Assembly: GCA_026129095.1 (NCBI GenBank)
Contig: JAHCIT010000013.1
Coordinates: forward strand, 1-64,000
Direction of reading: 5' to 3'
Source of the DNA: Deltaproteobacteria bacterium
GTDB lineage: Bacteria; JAGRBM01; JAHCIT01
DNA length: 64,000 nucleotides
Position numbers and translations under genes: made by a program. Positions within the stretch are counted from its first letter, which is position 1. Each line of letters starts with the position of its first letter. Shown here one piece after another: positions 60,815 to 64,000 of the stretch. The notes under the pieces were generated by a model. It was not told the DNA's origin. It was given only the letters and a program-made list of their open reading frames with translations, and made no database searches.

Positions 60815-61185
60815 GTGAAGCTCCAGAAAACAGTACGAAAGGCACCGGCGTGGCTGCTGCCGCGATTCTGGTGAGCACCTTTGGGCTCATGTTCGCGCTT
60901 CTGGCGATTCTTCCTGTCAAGGTGCCCGCCTACATCCCGCTGGAACACCGCTGGCAGTGGGGGATGCCCGATCCTCCGCTCATCGGGATGGACTACTACG
61001 GCCGGACCATCGTCGCGCTGGTTGTGGCGGTCGTCGCTTCCGGCATCGCCTGGATCATCGCCGGTCCCGTTGCCAGATGGAAACCGGCTGAAAACTCCCA
61101 GGGGGTGAAGATGCTCGCTATCTACGCCTTCACAGGGACGGCGCTGTCGGTGTTCATCTACTGCTATACGCTCGTATTCAAGTGA
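60811..61185 (+). CDS. Small three-TM membrane protein of unknown function
   Basis: ATGA overlap with the upstream stop; loop YIPLEHRWQW...MDYYGR between TMs. Confidence 0.7.
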   Translation: MSEAPENSTKGTGVAAAAILVSTFGLMFALLAILPVKVPAYIPLEHRWQWGMPDPPLIGMDYYGRTIVALVVAVVASGIAWIIAGPVARWKPAENSQGVKMLAIYAFTGTALSVFIYCYTLVFK

Positions 61186-61303
61186 TCTGTGCCGGGAGTC
61201 TTGCTCCCCATTGACTCTCCGGTCGATTTTGGCTCGACTGGCCGTTCCGGGTGGAGCATTGTGGCCCCCGGCTATCTCCAGGGGAGTTCAAAGGTAACAG
61301 CAT

Positions 61304-62716
61304 ATGGTCGGCATCATGGCATACGGGGCATATGTCCCCTTTCACCGGCTCCAGCGCAAGGCGCTCAACGAGGCCCACGGCAAGCCGGGAGGCAAGGGCG
61401 AGCGGTCGGTTGCCAACTACGACGAGGATTCGGTTTCGATGGCGGTTGAGGCCGCCTGGAATGCCTTGTGGAAATACGACACGAAGCAGGTGGGGACAGT
61501 CTATCTCGGCACGACGACGAATCCGTACGCCGAAAAGGCTTCCAGCACGACTATTGCCGCCGCCCTCGACATGCCACCGCAGGTCCGCACGGCCGATTTC
61601 GGTGATTCGCTCAGGGCGGGTTCGAGTGCCCTGCTGGCGGCGCTGGATGCGGCAGTCTCGACGGGTAAGCCCGCACTGGCGCTGGCCGGGGACTGCCGGA
61701 TCGGCGGAGCCGGTGGCGGCAACGAAAGCAGTTTCGGTGACGGGGCGGCCGCGTTCCTGTTCGGAACAGGGGATCTTGTGGCGCGGGTGCTGGCGACGGC
61801 CAGTGTTGCCAACGAGATCGTGGACAACTTCCGCCGCCATGAGGACGTGATGGTCCGCAACTGGGAAGAGCGGTTCGGCATTGTCCAGGGTGTGAACCGG
61901 GCCATACCTGCAGCGGTGAAGCAGGCGCTCCAGCAGGCGGGTCTCAAAGGGGAGCAGGTGGACCGGTTCGTCTGCGCCTCGCCTTCGAGCAAGGCAACGC
62001 AGGCCGTGGCCAAGATGTGCGGCATCAGGCCGGAAGCCATCGAGGATGCGCTGGAAGCCACGGTCGGCCAGGCAGGCGCCGCCCACGGACCGATGATGCT
62101 CACCGGGGCACTGGAAAAGGCGAAAGCCGGCGACAAAATCCTTTTCGTATCTTATGCCGAAGGAGCCGATGCGCTGCTCTTGGAGGCGACACCGGGCATT
62201 GACGCCTGGCGCCCCAAGCGGCACCTCTCTGACCTTATTGAACGCAAGCGGAACGACATCCGCTACACGGACTACCTCAGGTGGCGGAATCTGCTTGATT
62301 TCGAGCCGCCCCGCCGCCCGGAAATGAAGCGTCCGGCAGCAACTGCCATGTTCCGGAACTATCACCAGAACCTCGGCCTCTACGGAAGCCGCTGCACGGC
62401 TTGCGGAGCATTGAGCTACCCCAAGCAGCGTGTCTGCTGGAAGTGCCGTGCCAAGGACAAGACCACCGACTACTCGTTCCGTACGGCCAAGGGAAAGATA
62501 CGGACATTTTCGGCCGACCATTTGGCCTACACACCTGCGCCGCCGGAACTGCTGGTGGTGATCGATTTTGAGGAAGGGGGACGGCTCATGTGCAACATGG
62601 CCGACGTTGACCTCAAGAACGTCAAGGTTGGCGAGCCGGTCGAGATGACCTTCCGCCGGCTCTATGAAGCGGGTGGAATTTTCAACTACGCATGGAAAGC
62701 GAAGGCGGCGGGCTGA
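61304..62716 (+). CDS. HMG-CoA synthase-like domain fused to DUF35 Zn-ribbon/OB-fold
   Basis: GI.AYGAYVP..R, ERSVA.YDEDS..MAVEAA, GDGAAA; C-terminal CTACG..YP...CWKC and VKVG.PVEMTFRR. Confidence 0.88.
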   Translation: MVGIMAYGAYVPFHRLQRKALNEAHGKPGGKGERSVANYDEDSVSMAVEAAWNALWKYDTKQVGTVYLGTTTNPYAEKASSTTIAAALDMPPQVRTADFGDSLRAGSSALLAALDAAVSTGKPALALAGDCRIGGAGGGNESSFGDGAAAFLFGTGDLVARVLATASVANEIVDNFRRHEDVMVRNWEERFGIVQGVNRAIPAAVKQALQQAGLKGEQVDRFVCASPSSKATQAVAKMCGIRPEAIEDALEATVGQAGAAHGPMMLTGALEKAKAGDKILFVSYAEGADALLLEATPGIDAWRPKRHLSDLIERKRNDIRYTDYLRWRNLLDFEPPRRPEMKRPAATAMFRNYHQNLGLYGSRCTACGALSYPKQRVCWKCRAKDKTTDYSFRTAKGKIRTFSADHLAYTPAPPELLVVIDFEEGGRLMCNMADVDLKNVKVGEPVEMTFRRLYEAGGIFNYAWKAKAAG

Positions 62717-62748
62717 TCCAGCCTTCCTCTTAAGGGGAGTACGAAATC

Positions 62749-63930
62749 ATGGCAGGAACCATCAAGGACCGTGTGGCAGTCGTCGGCATGGGATGTTCGA
62801 AGTTCGGCGAACGCTGGGAATCCAGCGTTGAGGACCTGCTCGTCGAGGCAGCCTACGAAGCCTATGAATCGGCTGGCATAGACCCCAAGCAGCTCGAAGC
62901 GGCATGGTTTGGCACCATGAACTCCGGCCGGGCAGCCCTGCCGCTGTCGCAGTCGCTGAAGCTCGACTACATCCCGATTACCCGCGTCGAGAACATGTGC
63001 GCTACCGGCAGCGAGGCCTTCCGGAATGCCTGTTATGCGGTCGCTTCTGGTGCCTATGACCTGGTGATGGCGATCGGTGTCGAGAAGCTGAAGGATTCCG
63101 GCTATTCCGGTCTCACGTCAGCCATGCCCGATTCCGACGGTACCGAGCCGAACCTCTCGGCTCCATCGGCCTTTGCGCTGCTGGCCCCGGCCTATGCGGC
63201 CAAATATGGCGTCAGTACCGAGAAGATGAAGGAGGTACTTTCGCGCATTGCCATGAAGAACCACGCCAACGGGGCGCTCAATCCCAAGGCGCAGTTCCAG
63301 AAGGCAGTCTCGATGGACGAGTGCCTGAAGTCACCCACGGTGGCGAGCCCGCTGGGCATTTTCGACTGCTCGGGGGTCGCCGACGGGGCCGCTGCCGCGA
63401 TCATCTGCCGGGCCGAGGATGCCCACAAGTACAACAAGAAGCCGATGTACGTGAAGGCACTCACCATTGCCGCCGGGACGGGGGAGGGTGCACTCAACCC
63501 GGACTTCGACTTCACCATGATCAATGAGAACGTCCGCGCCGCGAAGGAAGCCTACCGGCAGGCGGGCATCACAGACCCGGCGAAGCAGATCTCCATGGCC
63601 GAAGTCCATGACTGCTTCACGCCGACCGAGCTCGTTATCTACGAAGACCTCGGTTTCACCGCTCGCGGGCAGGGCTGGAAAGACGTTCTGGACGGCGCGT
63701 TCGAACTGGGCGGCCGTTTGCCCGTGAACCCCGACGGCGGCTTGAAAAGTTTCGGTCACCCCATCGGTGCGTCCGGCCTCAGGATGCTCTACGAATGCTG
63801 GCTCCAGTTCCGCGGTGAGGCGGGAAAACGCCAGCTTCCCGACCCCAGGCTGGCTGTCACCCACAACCTGGGCGGCCAGCCTTGGCGTTGCGTCGCCTTC
63901 GTCAGTGTCGTCGGCAAAGAGGCCGGGTGA
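62749..63930 (+). CDS. Thiolase-family acetyl-CoA acetyltransferase (SCP2/archaeal type)
   Basis: VENMCATG, DCS...DGAAA, AEVHDCF, VNPDGGL, GHPIGASG and HNLGG. Confidence 0.92.
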   Translation: MAGTIKDRVAVVGMGCSKFGERWESSVEDLLVEAAYEAYESAGIDPKQLEAAWFGTMNSGRAALPLSQSLKLDYIPITRVENMCATGSEAFRNACYAVASGAYDLVMAIGVEKLKDSGYSGLTSAMPDSDGTEPNLSAPSAFALLAPAYAAKYGVSTEKMKEVLSRIAMKNHANGALNPKAQFQKAVSMDECLKSPTVASPLGIFDCSGVADGAAAAIICRAEDAHKYNKKPMYVKALTIAAGTGEGALNPDFDFTMINENVRAAKEAYRQAGITDPAKQISMAEVHDCFTPTELVIYEDLGFTARGQGWKDVLDGAFELGGRLPVNPDGGLKSFGHPIGASGLRMLYECWLQFRGEAGKRQLPDPRLAVTHNLGGQPWRCVAFVSVVGKEAG

Positions 63931-64000
63931 ACCGGTCTAGGGATCGAGAAAATACCAAATAATTTCAGCTAATTAGCAGTCACGTCTTTTAATTGCCAGT

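Noticed and set aside
63931-64000. AT-rich stretch at the window end
   Set aside because: Probably a promoter region for a gene beyond the window; too little context to call.

Overview
A GC-rich bacterial chromosomal window with Deltaproteobacteria/Myxococcota-like gene content (taxonomy inferred from protein style only). It holds about 50 credible CDS; I found no rRNA, tRNA, CRISPR array or transposase. In order: the tail of a probable RHS-like protein with an FGE-sulfatase lipoprotein; a photolyase; aguA/aguB/GST; pgk; pilB-pilT flanked by two GT-C membrane glycosyltransferases; a Wza/Wzc/OM-barrel/O-antigen-ligase-TPR module led by a secreted protein with SLH-like motifs; a pentapeptide-repeat membrane protein paired with a repeat-solenoid Ser/Thr kinase; an MCP and lnt; several hydrolases; an NtrC-type regulator behind a clear IHF + sigma-54 promoter; the mutL-miaA-pheA-hisC-tyrA-aroA-cmk-rpsA-sppA-HIT housekeeping run; and lipid/acyl-CoA genes. 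The best candidate for an undescribed system is at 56438-61185. There a radical SAM/SPASM enzyme, translationally coupled to two small membrane proteins, is transcribed divergently from a coupled operon. That operon is led by a 79-aa membrane micro-protein carrying a GYNPNSSS motif (candidate substrate), followed by a LolA-like periplasmic protein and a TPR membrane protein. All calls come from reading motifs by eye; no database searches were run.
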